Source: Minisyncoccota bacterium (GTDB lineage: Bacteria > Patescibacteriota > Minisyncoccia > Phycocordibacterales > UBA9973). From it: 64,000 nt of DNA. The stretch spans positions 524,854-588,853 of the forward strand of contig JBAZKU010000001.1 of NCBI GenBank assembly GCA_041650615.1, given 5' to 3'. A program made the position numbers and the translations under genes. Within the stretch, counting starts at the first letter, position 1; each line of letters begins with the position of its first letter. Below are positions 10,435-20,493 of the stretch, piece after piece. The notes below the pieces were generated by a model. It saw only the letters and a program-made list of their open reading frames with translations. It made no database searches and was not told where the DNA came from.

Positions 10435-11400
10435 TTAAGGCACTAAGACTATATTTTTTTGCTGCCACCCAGGAGAAGAGGATGTAATATCAATAGAATT
10501 TATTGATGCTTGGTAGCCTGTTTTGGTGACAGTCAAAGTATAATTTCCTGTTTCAAGTCCATTCCAAAAAACTTGACCTGGAGTTTCACATAAATCAGTA
10601 GAAGTTATTTTAGTTTGGTCAAAATCGGATTTTTGCAAGTGAACAGATGCTCCATCTATTGCCGTACCCGAAGAATCTCTTACGGAAACCAAGAGCGCCC
10701 TATTTAAATGTTCTACGGCAATAAATTGGATTGATTTGTTTTCATTAGGATCAATGGAAAGCGGACTGATTGGTATTGTCCCGGCTATATCATAAGCGCT
10801 TTCTGATGGTGAAATTGAATATAAATCCCATTCAAGATCTGTTATGTTTTTAAGTCCAGTGTCATTTGTGGTAAAAGTTTGAGAATATTTTAAGACCGAA
10901 GGTGTACCTATTAATTTTGCTCCCGATAGAGTGAAAGGAATACTTGGCAAGGCGACACAAGAATTGTCTATACTTGAAACATCAAGCGAGCTTAAGAGGT
11001 CAATAGAAAAACTTACTTGAGTAACCTGTTGCATTACAACGGTTGCGTCTAATTTGACCGGATTCGGACCGGCCACTCCGTCGGACGGATATGTTTGATC
11101 TTGGGAATATCCCACCTTGGTTGCAGTAATATTATAAGCATTTGTGCCTGGAACAGCGTCAATTATTTTCAGCCATCCATCGTTATCCGTTACTTCATCT
11201 ATTATTGTGTCTGGGTCTGTTTGGGTATTTACAATGTGAACAGAAGCTCCCGGAACCGGAATTCCCGCAGAATTGAAGACTCTGATGAATAATGCCCCGT
11301 TGGTGGAAGTGCTTTCAAGGGCATGCGGAGCAATCAGGGTGGTAAAGTTTAATATTGAAGAATACTTGCAATTTGAGCAAGAAATATCAAGATCCGCCAT
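10435..11400 (-). CDS. Protein with two carboxypeptidase-regulatory-like (CarbopepD_reg/PEGA-like) beta-sandwich domains, inside the pilin operon
   Basis: Segments RVFNSAGIPVPGASVHIVNTQ...GWLKI and SVRDSSGTAIDGASVHLQKS...GNYTLTVTKTGYQ. The first in-frame ATG (MADLDIS) is at 11400; the longer called ORF begins at a TTG. Confidence 0.4.
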   Translation of the reverse strand: MADLDISCSNCKYSSILNFTTLIAPHALESTSTNGALFIRVFNSAGIPVPGASVHIVNTQTDPDTIIDEVTDNDGWLKIIDAVPGTNAYNITATKVGYSQDQTYPSDGVAGPNPVKLDATVVMQQVTQVSFSIDLLSSLDVSSIDNSCVALPSIPFTLSGAKLIGTPSVLKYSQTFTTNDTGLKNITDLEWDLYSISPSESAYDIAGTIPISPLSIDPNENKSIQFIAVEHLNRALLVSVRDSSGTAIDGASVHLQKSDFDQTKITSTDLCETPGQVFWNGLETGNYTLTVTKTGYQASINSIDITSSSPGWQQKNIVLVP

Positions 11401-11804
11401 TTTATAATCAGCAGGAGACAATCATTTGGAATTCCGTCGATTGTTCCATCAAACGGGTCGTCAATGCTTCTAATTGAGGTCACAATAGTAAAAGAATAAT
11501 TATCTCGTAGAACATTTTCAGTTCTTGTGATTTTCCCCGCCGGCAATCCTCCTATAATACCCACATCTTGATAAGGCAAATTGCGGATAATTTCAAATTT
11601 TTCATTGGCTATGGCGGTAGCGGCAATTTTTGCCCGCGATACTGAAACACTATTCATTAACACGCCAAAAGATTGATAAGCGGCTAAGGCTACCAGAATA
11701 AAAACTGCGGTACCAACCAATATTTCAATCAAAGTAAACCCGCGCACTAGAGACTTTATTTTTAGTGTGTGGGTAAACCCTTTTTGATGAAAATTAAAAT
11801 TCAT
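11349..11804 (-). CDS. Prepilin-type pilin (type IV pilin/pseudopilin), first gene of the minus-strand operon
   Basis: Class III signal SLVRG|FTLIEILVGTAVFILVALAAYQSF. Confidence 0.8.
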   Translation of the reverse strand: MNFNFHQKGFTHTLKIKSLVRGFTLIEILVGTAVFILVALAAYQSFGVLMNSVSVSRAKIAATAIANEKFEIIRNLPYQDVGIIGGLPAGKITRTENVLRDNYSFTIVTSIRSIDDPFDGTIDGIPNDCLLLIIKWRILIFLAQIASILQY

Positions 11805-11846
11805 AACCAGTTATATTTTAGCAAATTATGATATACTTTACTATAT

Positions 11847-12611
11847 ATGACCAAAAGAAAAATAGTCATAGGCAATTGGAAAATGAATCCGCTTTCTTTT
11901 AAGGAGGCGGAAAAATTGTTTACCGACATTGCCAAATCTGTTTCTAGTATTAAAAAAACGGAAATTGTGGTTTGCCCTCCGGTTTTGTATTTGGAAAAGT
12001 TGAAAAAATTTTCCAGGAAAATATCTTTAGGCGCACAGAATGCTTTTTGGGGAGATACGGGCGCCCATACCGGAGAAATTTCAGCTGAAATGCTTTACAA
12101 TATTGGCGTTAGATATGTTATTTTAGGTCATTCGGAAAGACGGGTGGCAGGAGAAAGCAATAGTGACGTAAACAAAAAAGTAAAGGCATCAATTGGGGCA
12201 GGGCTTTACCCCATACTCTGTGTGGGAGAAAATATACGAGATGAAAATCACGAATATTTGAATTTTGTAAAAAATCAAACGGAGGAATGTTTAAAAGGAA
12301 TTTCCAAAAATTCTATTTCAAAAGTGATTATTGCTTATGAACCGGTTTGGGCCATAGGCAAAGGGGCCTTCCCCGCAACACCGGAAGAATTTCGTGAGAT
12401 GAATATTTTTATTAAGAAAATTTTGAGCGATAAATTCGGAGTAAAAGAAGCTTCAAAAATTAAAATAATTTATGGCGGGTCTGTAGACGAAAAAAATGCC
12501 GAGGGTTTTATTAAAGAAGGCCAAGCCGACGGTTTTCTCCCAGGGAGGGCTTCTTTAAATTCAAAAAAGTTTTCACAAATTATAAAAATATGCGAAGCAT
12601 CAAGCAAATAA
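11847..12611 (+). CDS. tpiA: Triosephosphate isomerase
   Basis: IGNWKMN and AYEPVWAIGKG motifs; 254 aa. Confidence 0.9.
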   Translation: MTKRKIVIGNWKMNPLSFKEAEKLFTDIAKSVSSIKKTEIVVCPPVLYLEKLKKFSRKISLGAQNAFWGDTGAHTGEISAEMLYNIGVRYVILGHSERRVAGESNSDVNKKVKASIGAGLYPILCVGENIRDENHEYLNFVKNQTEECLKGISKNSISKVIIAYEPVWAIGKGAFPATPEEFREMNIFIKKILSDKFGVKEASKIKIIYGGSVDEKNAEGFIKEGQADGFLPGRASLNSKKFSQIIKICEASSK

Positions 12612-13672
12612 AAAATTTAAGAGGGAAAACCGTGCTGGTCAGGGTGGATTTCAATGTTCCTATAAAAAACGGCAAAGTGGAAGATGATTTTAGAATTAAA
12701 AAAGCAATACCCTCAATAAAGTTTTTAATTAAAAAGGGGGCAAAAGTGATTTTAATCACACATTTAGGCAAAGATGGTAGGGAAAACCTTGAGCCGATAA
12801 TTAAGTGCTTCTTTAAAATTTCAAAGTGCACGAAATCACAAGTCAGTTTTTTTGATAACATAAGAAAATTTAACGGCGAAACGGAAAACAGCCTATCTTT
12901 TACAAAAAAACTTTCAACCCTGGGCGATATTTATGTGAATGAGGCTTTTTCGGTTTCTCACCGCATGCACGCTTCAGTGGTTGGCCTGCCAAAATTTTTA
13001 CCTAGCTATGCCGGTTTTCAATTTGAAGAAGAAGTAAAAAATTTATCCCACACTTTAAAAAAAGTAAAGCATCCATTCCTTTTTATTCTAGGCGGGGCCA
13101 AATTTTCCACGAAAATGCCTGTGATTCAAAAATATTTAAAATTGGCGGATTATGTTTTTATAGGGGGAGCCTTGGCGAATGATCTTTTAAAGGCAAAAGG
13201 GTATGAAATAGGAAAATCTCTGGTAGATGATACGGATTTTAATTTTAGAAAGATTCTTCAAAACAAAAAATTAATTTTACCGGAGGATGTTTTAGTTAGA
13301 AATGACACATTTCCCGCACGTGCTGGATTTGTGTCATTAAAAAAAGTGAATGAAGTAAAAAAAGATGAAGTTATTTTGGATATTGGGAATGAAACAGTAA
13401 AAAACTTGGCTCAATTAATTAAAAAATCAAAACTTGTCCTTTGGAATGGACCATTAGGTAAATATGAATCTGGCGGGGAGGAAGCCACTAAAAAAATACT
13501 GAAATTAGTAGCAAGGGCAAAAACGGAGAGTATTATTGGTGGAGGAGATATTGTATCTATTGTGTCTAAGTTGAAAATGGAAAAGAAATTTACCTTTGTT
13601 TCTACAGGCGGCGGAGCCACTTTAGATTTCCTTATCAATGGGACCTTGCCGGGCATTAAAGCGCTGAAATAA
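12590..13672 (+). CDS. pgk: Phosphoglycerate kinase
   Basis: N-terminus LRGKTVLVRVDFNVPIKNGKV.DDFRIKKAIPSI...ILITHLG. Follows tpiA. Confidence 0.85.
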   Translation: MRSIKQIKNLRGKTVLVRVDFNVPIKNGKVEDDFRIKKAIPSIKFLIKKGAKVILITHLGKDGRENLEPIIKCFFKISKCTKSQVSFFDNIRKFNGETENSLSFTKKLSTLGDIYVNEAFSVSHRMHASVVGLPKFLPSYAGFQFEEEVKNLSHTLKKVKHPFLFILGGAKFSTKMPVIQKYLKLADYVFIGGALANDLLKAKGYEIGKSLVDDTDFNFRKILQNKKLILPEDVLVRNDTFPARAGFVSLKKVNEVKKDEVILDIGNETVKNLAQLIKKSKLVLWNGPLGKYESGGEEATKKILKLVARAKTESIIGGGDIVSIVSKLKMEKKFTFVSTGGGATLDFLINGTLPGIKALK

Positions 13673-14048
13673 TTTTCTCTTTTATTTCTTTTGCTTGTCC
13701 TTCTTTATATTCTTTGGTTGGGAAATTGCGGAAATTATCACCAAGATGTCTAGGGATTAAATGAATATGGAAATGTGGTATTTCTTTACCCACTACGGAT
13801 TCCTGCACATAATCGCATTTAAGCGAATTTTTAAGCACGAGCATCATTTTTTTTGTTAGTTTGAATATTTCGGAAATCAATTCATCGTCTGCTTCTTGCA
13901 TCCAAATAATATGTTTTCTGGGGATTATTATCAGATGTCCATCTGAAACCGGTTTAATATCAAGAAATGCCAAAAAATCCTTATTTTCATAAACTTTATC
14001 ACACGGAATTTCTCCTTTTGAAATTTTACAAAAAATGCAATTTTCCAT
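13656..14048 (-). CDS. HIT-family (histidine triad) nucleotide hydrolase
   Basis: Histidine triad IPHFHIHLIPR; 130 aa. Confidence 0.8.
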   Translation of the reverse strand: MENCIFCKISKGEIPCDKVYENKDFLAFLDIKPVSDGHLIIIPRKHIIWMQEADDELISEIFKLTKKMMLVLKNSLKCDYVQESVVGKEIPHFHIHLIPRHLGDNFRNFPTKEYKEGQAKEIKEKIISAL

Positions 14049-14084
14049 TCTGATATTATATCAAACTATGCTAAAATTTGCTCT

Positions 14085-15788
14085 ATGCAACGATATTCTG
14101 AACTATTAAGGACAATTCTGGAAAAAAGAGGCATAAAAACCGGCGCTGAAGCCGAGATTTTTTTGAATCCGGATTATGAACGAGACTTACATGATCCATT
14201 TGAAATGAAGGATATGGAAAAAGCTTGCGTAAAGCTTTTTGAGACGATAGAAAACAAAGAAAAAACGGTTATTTATGCCGATTATGACTGTGATGGCATT
14301 CCCGGAGCAGTCATTTTAAAAGATTTATTTAAAAAAATAGGTTATACAAATTATGAAGTTTATATTCCAGGAAGAAATGATGAAGGTTATGGATTGAATC
14401 TTTCTGCTATCAAACAATTTACTGAAAAAAGGGTAAAACTTTTAATAACTGTTGATCTTGGCATTACAGCCGTTTCTGAAGTGGCGCAAGCGGAAATTGA
14501 TGGAATTGAGGTAATTATTACGGATCACCATTTACCAAAACAGAAAGTTCAGGATATAAAAAATAATTTTTTACATCCTGGACTTTCTTTACCTCACGCT
14601 TATGCCATTTTAAATCCGAAAGTGGATGCTTATCCTGAAAAAATGTTATGTGGATCTGGAGTAGTATTCAAATTAGTGCAAGGATTTATAAAAAAATACG
14701 GCGAATTTTACAAAATAAATATTGGTTGGGAAAAATGGTTGCTTGATATGGCTGGTTTAGCTACGCTTTCCGACCTAGTGCCTCTTTTAGGGGAGAACAG
14801 AGCTATCGCGTATTTTGGGATGAAGGTTTTAAGAAAATCTTCCCGTCCTGGTTTACAAAAACTTCTCGCTAAAATGAACATTGATCAAAAATATTTAACC
14901 GAAGACGATATCGGTTTTATGGTAGTGCCTAGACTAAATGCTGCCTCACGAATGGATAATCCCATGAAAGCGTATGAACTTCTTTCCACTGAAGATGAAA
15001 CAAAAGCGGGAGTTATTGCGAATCATTTGTCAAAAATAAATGACGACAGAAAGATAATAGTTGCTAATATTATGAAAGATGTAAATAAAAAATTTGGCAA
15101 AAGTCCTTTGCGGGAAATAAAAGAAGTCATCGTAATAGGCAATCCATTGTGGAGAGTAGGAGTATTGGGACTTGTAGCCGCTAAAATATCAGATGAATAT
15201 AAAAAACCGGTTTTTGTTTGGGGTAAAGATGAAAATGATCTTATAAAAGGTTCCTGCCGTTCCGATGGATCGGTATCTCTTGTTGAGCTTATGACTGAAA
15301 CCCGCGAATTTTTTATGGAATTCGGTGGACACGAATTTGCCGGTGGATTTACCGTGCATAGCGAGAAAATTCATTTCTTGGAAGAAGCTCTTTCTGTTTC
15401 TTACTACAAAGTAAAGCGCGATAAAATAGAATCGGAAATAATTTATGATATTAAATCCGATTTGGGTGCGGTAAATATGAAAAATTGGCGCGAGATAGAA
15501 AAACTTGCTCCTTTTGGACTGGCTAATCCAAAACCGATTTTTCTTTTTGAGGATGTGAAAGTGGAGAATATTAAAAAATTTGGCAAAAATGGTTCAGGAG
15601 AACATTTAGAGATTACCTTTTCCGATAAAAGTGAAAATAAAATCAAAGCAATTTCTTTTTTCTCCAATAATGAATCTTTTAAAACCTCTTTGTCTGAAGG
15701 CATAAAAGTAAATCTTCTGGCCACCTTTGATTTATCCAGGTTCAGAGGCAGGGAAGAGCTAAGACTGCGAATAATTGATATACTATAA
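14085..15788 (+). CDS. recJ: Single-stranded-DNA-specific exonuclease RecJ
   Basis: DHH motifs DYDCDGI and ITDHH; DHHA1 region with GGHEFAGG. Confidence 0.88.
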   Translation: MQRYSELLRTILEKRGIKTGAEAEIFLNPDYERDLHDPFEMKDMEKACVKLFETIENKEKTVIYADYDCDGIPGAVILKDLFKKIGYTNYEVYIPGRNDEGYGLNLSAIKQFTEKRVKLLITVDLGITAVSEVAQAEIDGIEVIITDHHLPKQKVQDIKNNFLHPGLSLPHAYAILNPKVDAYPEKMLCGSGVVFKLVQGFIKKYGEFYKINIGWEKWLLDMAGLATLSDLVPLLGENRAIAYFGMKVLRKSSRPGLQKLLAKMNIDQKYLTEDDIGFMVVPRLNAASRMDNPMKAYELLSTEDETKAGVIANHLSKINDDRKIIVANIMKDVNKKFGKSPLREIKEVIVIGNPLWRVGVLGLVAAKISDEYKKPVFVWGKDENDLIKGSCRSDGSVSLVELMTETREFFMEFGGHEFAGGFTVHSEKIHFLEEALSVSYYKVKRDKIESEIIYDIKSDLGAVNMKNWREIEKLAPFGLANPKPIFLFEDVKVENIKKFGKNGSGEHLEITFSDKSENKIKAISFFSNNESFKTSLSEGIKVNLLATFDLSRFRGREELRLRIIDIL

Positions 15789-15790
15789 AA

Positions 15791-16273
15791 ATGAAAAAAG
15801 ATAAAATTACAATTTATACAGATGGGGCGGCCAGAGGGAACCCTGGACCGGCTGGTTGGAGTGCTATTTTAATTGACGAGAAAAAAATTTTTGAAATTGG
15901 CGGAGCCTCTAAACATGCAACAAATAATCAAATGGAACTTACAGCTCCTATTGAAGCGTTAAAATATTTACAAAAGACTTGCGTTAGGCAAGACCTAGCG
16001 CAAACGGTGGAGATTTTTTCCGATTCAAAATATGTAATTTTAGGAATTACCGAATGGATTTTTAATTGGCAGAAAAATAACTGGAGAAATGCCGCCAAAA
16101 AACCGGTTTTAAATAAAGAGCTTTGGCAAGAGCTTTATAACCTTTCGGAACAGTTTAAAATCAAATGGACTTATGTCGAAGGGCACAGCGGATATAAATA
16201 TAACGAACGCGCGGACGAAATTGCCACCAATTTCGCGGACGGGAATAAAATAAAACTTAAAAAAGAAAAATAA
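15791..16273 (+). CDS. rnhA: Ribonuclease HI
   Basis: IYTDGAARGNPGPAGW...NNQMEL...EGHSGYKYNERADEIA. Confidence 0.9.
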   Translation: MKKDKITIYTDGAARGNPGPAGWSAILIDEKKIFEIGGASKHATNNQMELTAPIEALKYLQKTCVRQDLAQTVEIFSDSKYVILGITEWIFNWQKNNWRNAAKKPVLNKELWQELYNLSEQFKIKWTYVEGHSGYKYNERADEIATNFADGNKIKLKKEK

Positions 16274-16296
16274 TTTTTTATAATCTTAATTTTTAA

Positions 16297-17769
16297 ATGC
16301 AAGATAAAATTTTTTATGCATCCTGTTTTGGTTTTGTGTTCGGAGTGCTTTTGCGCTCTTTTCTTTTTTTAAATTTACATTTTATTATTTTCTTGGCGAT
16401 AGTTTCTTTGGCATTATTCCTATTTTTCACTTTTATCACAAGAAATAAATGGGGGATTTTAATTTCCATTTTTGTTATAGCGTCTTCTTTCGGAATTTTT
16501 AGATTTCATATAGTTGACGTTCCCGCATCTTATGTTTTTGAATCAAAGGTTGGCCAGAAAATTTCTTTTTCCGGAATCATTATTGATGAGCCGGACATCA
16601 GGGAAAATAATCAAAAATTGACCATAAAAAAAGAAAAAACAAAAATTCTGGTAACCATGAATCCGGATGAAAATTTCAGTTACGGGGATGAAATAAAGCT
16701 TGAAGGAATTTTGGAAAAACCGGAAAATTTTATGACAGACCAAGGCATAGAATTTGATTATGTAAATTATTTACGTAAGGATGGAATATTTTACGTAATG
16801 AGATATCCTGAAATTGAAGTTATTTCGCGCGGAAACGGAAATACGATAAAAAGCGCGCTGTTTTATGCAAAAGAAAAATTTTTAGACAAAATGAATTTAG
16901 CCATCAGAGAGCCGGAATCATTATTGATGAGCGGTCTAATTTTGGGAGAGAAATCCTCTTTTAACGAGTCTTTAAAGCAAAGTTTTGTGGATACGGGCAC
17001 AATCCATATTGTTGCTCTTTCCGGATACAACGTGACAATCGTTGCCGAATGGATAATGAAAATTTTTTCCTCTTTTCCGAAAAATATAGGAATCGGAGCC
17101 GGAATAATATCTATTTTGCTCTTTGTTTTAATGACCGGCGGGTCTTCTACGGCAGTGCGGGCGGGGATAATGGCCACTCTTGCCTTGTTCGCTCGCCTTA
17201 TTGGGAGAAATTATGATGTAACGCGGGCACTAATTTTGGCTGGGGTATTTATGATTTTAATAAACCCTTTTGTTCTTGCTTTTGATGTTTCTTTTCAACT
17301 GTCTTTTATGGCGACGGTAGCCGTTATATTTTTTACACCCAAAATTGAAAAATATTTTTTGTGGATTACTCCTCGTTTCCAGTTGCGAGACATTGTTTCG
17401 GTCACTTGCGCCTGTTATATTTTTGTTTTGCCCTTTATTCTTTACAAGATGGGGAATCTTTCATTGGTGGCGTTGCCTGCTAATATTTTAATTTTGCCTT
17501 TTATTCCAATCACTATGGTATTTGGTTTTTTGACCGGTTTTGCCGGACTTATTTGGTATGTTTTTTCGGTTCCTTTGGGTTTTATTTCATATCTGATGCT
17601 TCATTACGAACTGGCTGTCATAAATTTTTTCTCCAATATTCCATTTGCCGCTTTGTCCGTACCTAATTTTCCTTTTATTCTCACACTCCTAATTTATGCC
17701 TATTTTATTTACAGACTTTTTGGCAAAAGCATTAGAAATTTTTTTCAACGTTCTCCCAATTTAGATTAG
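16297..17769 (+). CDS. comEC: ComEC/Rec2 DNA-uptake channel (N-terminal OB/DUF4131 plus competence transmembrane domain only, no MBL domain)
   Basis: Competence-domain signature HIVALSGYNVTIVA plus a polytopic membrane region. Confidence 0.8.
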   Translation: MQDKIFYASCFGFVFGVLLRSFLFLNLHFIIFLAIVSLALFLFFTFITRNKWGILISIFVIASSFGIFRFHIVDVPASYVFESKVGQKISFSGIIIDEPDIRENNQKLTIKKEKTKILVTMNPDENFSYGDEIKLEGILEKPENFMTDQGIEFDYVNYLRKDGIFYVMRYPEIEVISRGNGNTIKSALFYAKEKFLDKMNLAIREPESLLMSGLILGEKSSFNESLKQSFVDTGTIHIVALSGYNVTIVAEWIMKIFSSFPKNIGIGAGIISILLFVLMTGGSSTAVRAGIMATLALFARLIGRNYDVTRALILAGVFMILINPFVLAFDVSFQLSFMATVAVIFFTPKIEKYFLWITPRFQLRDIVSVTCACYIFVLPFILYKMGNLSLVALPANILILPFIPITMVFGFLTGFAGLIWYVFSVPLGFISYLMLHYELAVINFFSNIPFAALSVPNFPFILTLLIYAYFIYRLFGKSIRNFFQRSPNLD

Positions 17770-18313
17770 TGAAAAAATCTTCTATATATTGTTTTTTACC
17801 ACTTGGTTGGTAGTCAGTGATGTAAGCATGTTCCCACATATCTAAAGCTAAAATAGGTGTGCAATCTTGAAGTTGTCCCAAATGTTGTTCGTCAATCCAT
17901 GCATTTAGTAGTTTCTTTTCTTTCCTATCAAAATAAAGTATTACCCAACCAATTCCTCTGATTGTTGCTATGGCTTTAAATAACTGAAGCCATTTTTCGT
18001 ATGATCCCCATTCTGAAATAATAGCTTCTTTTAATTTACTATCTTCCGTCAGAATCTTTGCGCTGCCTGATAATGAATTGAAATAAACTTCATGATTTCG
18101 CATGCCATTGTACTCAAAACCAAATCTCCTTTGTAGCCCGCTTAAGACAGCCATATTTGTCTCAGCATTTTCCGATAATTCGTTGATTTTTTCAAGAACG
18201 AGGTTTGTATGACTTACATATCCAGCATAGAGCTTTAAATGTTCTTCTACATTTTTCTTAGAGATATCTTTTAATTCACCTATGTTAAATTTTATCTCTT
18301 CAAATTTTTTCAT
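17732..18313 (-). CDS. sodA: Fe/Mn superoxide dismutase
   Basis: N-terminal H..KH..Y region and C-terminal DMWEHAY metal-ligand motif; 193 aa. Its 3' end overlaps the comEC 3' end. Confidence 0.8.
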   Translation of the reverse strand: MKKFEEIKFNIGELKDISKKNVEEHLKLYAGYVSHTNLVLEKINELSENAETNMAVLSGLQRRFGFEYNGMRNHEVYFNSLSGSAKILTEDSKLKEAIISEWGSYEKWLQLFKAIATIRGIGWVILYFDRKEKKLLNAWIDEQHLGQLQDCTPILALDMWEHAYITDYQPSGKKQYIEDFFTNLNWENVEKNF

Positions 18314-18373
18314 AATTTTATTTATTCTAAATTAGATTTATAATAGAGAGATTAATCGTGCTACTATTATAAC

Positions 18374-19243
18374 ATGTTTGAAAACTATAAAAAATATTGG
18401 CTGCCTTTCTTTATATTTTTGCTTTTAGTGGCAAATATTTTTATTTTTTATCTTGATTGGCAGAATTCTCACAGAGGTCTCACTTTTGCCATGCTGGATG
18501 TCGGGCAAGGAGATGCTCTTTTTATTGAATCACCTACGGGAACGCAAATACTGATTGATGGAGGACCGCCGAAAAAAATCCTAAGCCAGCTTTCCAGAAT
18601 AATGTCTCCTTTTGATAGAAATATTGACGCTTTTGTTATTACCAATCCCGATGCGGACCACATTGCCGGATTTTTAGATGTTTTGAAGATTTATAAAGTA
18701 GATAAAATTTTTGAATCAGGCACATTAACTGATTCAAAAACATACCAAAACTTAAAAGATAAAATAAAAGAAGATAATATCCCGAACATTCTGGCAAAAA
18801 GGGGAATGAGATTGGATATCGGCGGTGGAGCAGTGATTGATATTTTATTTCCTGACCGTGACGTGTCATCTTGGGCGACAAATGATGGATCGGTTGTAGC
18901 GAAGCTCACTTACGGCGATATTTCCATAATGCTCACAGGAGACGCGACAAGCAAAACAGAGCAAATAATTTTAAAAGGAAATTCAATAACACAACTTAAT
19001 AGTGATATTTTAAAAGTAGGGCATCATGGTTCGCGCACTTCTTCCTCTTTGGAGTTTGTGAAAGCTGTTTCTCCAGCCTATGCGCTTATTTCGGATGGTA
19101 AAGATAATAAATACGGACATCCGCACCAAGACACATTAAATACTCTCGCTTCGTTTGGCGCAAAAATTTTCAGAACTGATCTTTCGGGTACCATTGTTAT
19201 GAAATCTGACGGTATCGTTCCGTCGTTTTATTTCCAAAAGTAA
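18374..19243 (+). CDS. Membrane-anchored metallo-beta-lactamase-fold protein, ComEC C-terminal-domain type (separately encoded)
   Basis: N-terminal transmembrane segment, then FAMLDVGQGDALFIESPTGTQILIDGGP and the ITNPDADHIAGF...VGHHGS metal motifs. Confidence 0.75.
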   Translation: MFENYKKYWLPFFIFLLLVANIFIFYLDWQNSHRGLTFAMLDVGQGDALFIESPTGTQILIDGGPPKKILSQLSRIMSPFDRNIDAFVITNPDADHIAGFLDVLKIYKVDKIFESGTLTDSKTYQNLKDKIKEDNIPNILAKRGMRLDIGGGAVIDILFPDRDVSSWATNDGSVVAKLTYGDISIMLTGDATSKTEQIILKGNSITQLNSDILKVGHHGSRTSSSLEFVKAVSPAYALISDGKDNKYGHPHQDTLNTLASFGAKIFRTDLSGTIVMKSDGIVPSFYFQK

Positions 19244-19261
19244 TAGTGATACAATTAAACT

Positions 19262-20449
19262 ATGAAAGACAAACAAATAGAAAAGTTAATAAAAGCCGAA
19301 GAAAAAAGGCAAAAAAATATTATCAATTTAATTCCTTCAGAAAATTATGTTTCTAAAGACGTTTTGACAGCTCTTGGTTCTATCTTTGACAATAAATATG
19401 CCGAAGGATATCCACATGCAAGATATTATGGAGGTCAAGTGAATACGGATAAATTAGAAATTCTCTGTCAAGAACGCGCCTTAAAACTTTTTAAATTAAA
19501 ACCTGATGAATGGCATGTAAATGTTCAGCCTCTGTCCGGCTCGCCTGCAAATTTGGCCGTATATCTGGCACTTGCCCCCAAGGGAAGTAAAATTATGGGG
19601 CTGCCTCTTTCTTCAGGGGGACACCTTACTCATGGTCAGAAAGTTTCCATTACAGGCAAAGTTTGGGAACAATTACCTATTGCCATAGATTTTAAAACCG
19701 AACTAATTGATTATGTAAAGATGAAAGAAGATGCTATGCGAGAAAAACCCACAGTCATTATTGTTGGTTTTACCGCTTATCCTCGTTTTGTTAATTTCAA
19801 AAAATGTCGTGAAATTGCGGGTAGCTGTGGAGCTTTTTTGATGGTAGACATGTCGCACTTCGCAGGACTGGTGGCCGGAGGAGTTTATCCTTCGCCGTTT
19901 GAATATGCCGATGTGGTTACCACCACTACTCATAAAACTTTAAGAGGAGCTCGCAGCGCTATGATTTTTGTGAGAAAAGATAAAAAAATAGCCGATAAAA
20001 ATATTTCAAGCTTGATTGATAAAGCAATTTTCCCTGGGTTACAAGGAGGTCCGCATATGGGTCAAATTGCCGCTATGGCAATTATGCTTAAAGAAGATAA
20101 TACTCCGGCATTTAAAAAATATGCCAAACAAATTGTGAAAAATGCAAAAGTTTTTGCCGATGAATTGAAAAAACTTGGTTGGAGAATTATTTCCGGCGGT
20201 ACCGATTCTCACCTTATTTTAATGGATACTTGGATGAACGGAAAAGGAATTCCTGGCAAAGAAGCAGAAGCCAAACTTGAAAAAGCAGGCATTATTTGTA
20301 ATAAGAATACTATTCCAGGAGAAACTCGTTCTCCTTTTGACCCTAGTGGGATACGCATGGGTACTCCTGCGGAAACTACCCGGGGCGGGAAAGAAAAAGA
20401 TTTTATACAGATTGCAAGAAAGATAGATAAAGTTTTGAGGGGGAAATAA
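19262..20449 (+). CDS. glyA: Serine hydroxymethyltransferase
   Basis: LIPSENYVS...AEGYP and TTTTHKTLRG motifs. Confidence 0.92.
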   Translation: MKDKQIEKLIKAEEKRQKNIINLIPSENYVSKDVLTALGSIFDNKYAEGYPHARYYGGQVNTDKLEILCQERALKLFKLKPDEWHVNVQPLSGSPANLAVYLALAPKGSKIMGLPLSSGGHLTHGQKVSITGKVWEQLPIAIDFKTELIDYVKMKEDAMREKPTVIIVGFTAYPRFVNFKKCREIAGSCGAFLMVDMSHFAGLVAGGVYPSPFEYADVVTTTTHKTLRGARSAMIFVRKDKKIADKNISSLIDKAIFPGLQGGPHMGQIAAMAIMLKEDNTPAFKKYAKQIVKNAKVFADELKKLGWRIISGGTDSHLILMDTWMNGKGIPGKEAEAKLEKAGIICNKNTIPGETRSPFDPSGIRMGTPAETTRGGKEKDFIQIARKIDKVLRGK

Positions 20450-20493
20450 TGTATTAGTTTTCAATTTAAGCTTTTTTCTGCTATATTTTCTAT

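Noticed and set aside
11349-11421. Possible frameshifted fusion of the 151-aa prepilin with the downstream CarbopepD_reg-like ORF
   Set aside because: The pilin ends with a clean TAA. The downstream gene has its own in-frame ATG (MADLDIS, 11400) four codons before that stop. Such small overlaps are common for translational coupling, so the two are treated as separate genes.
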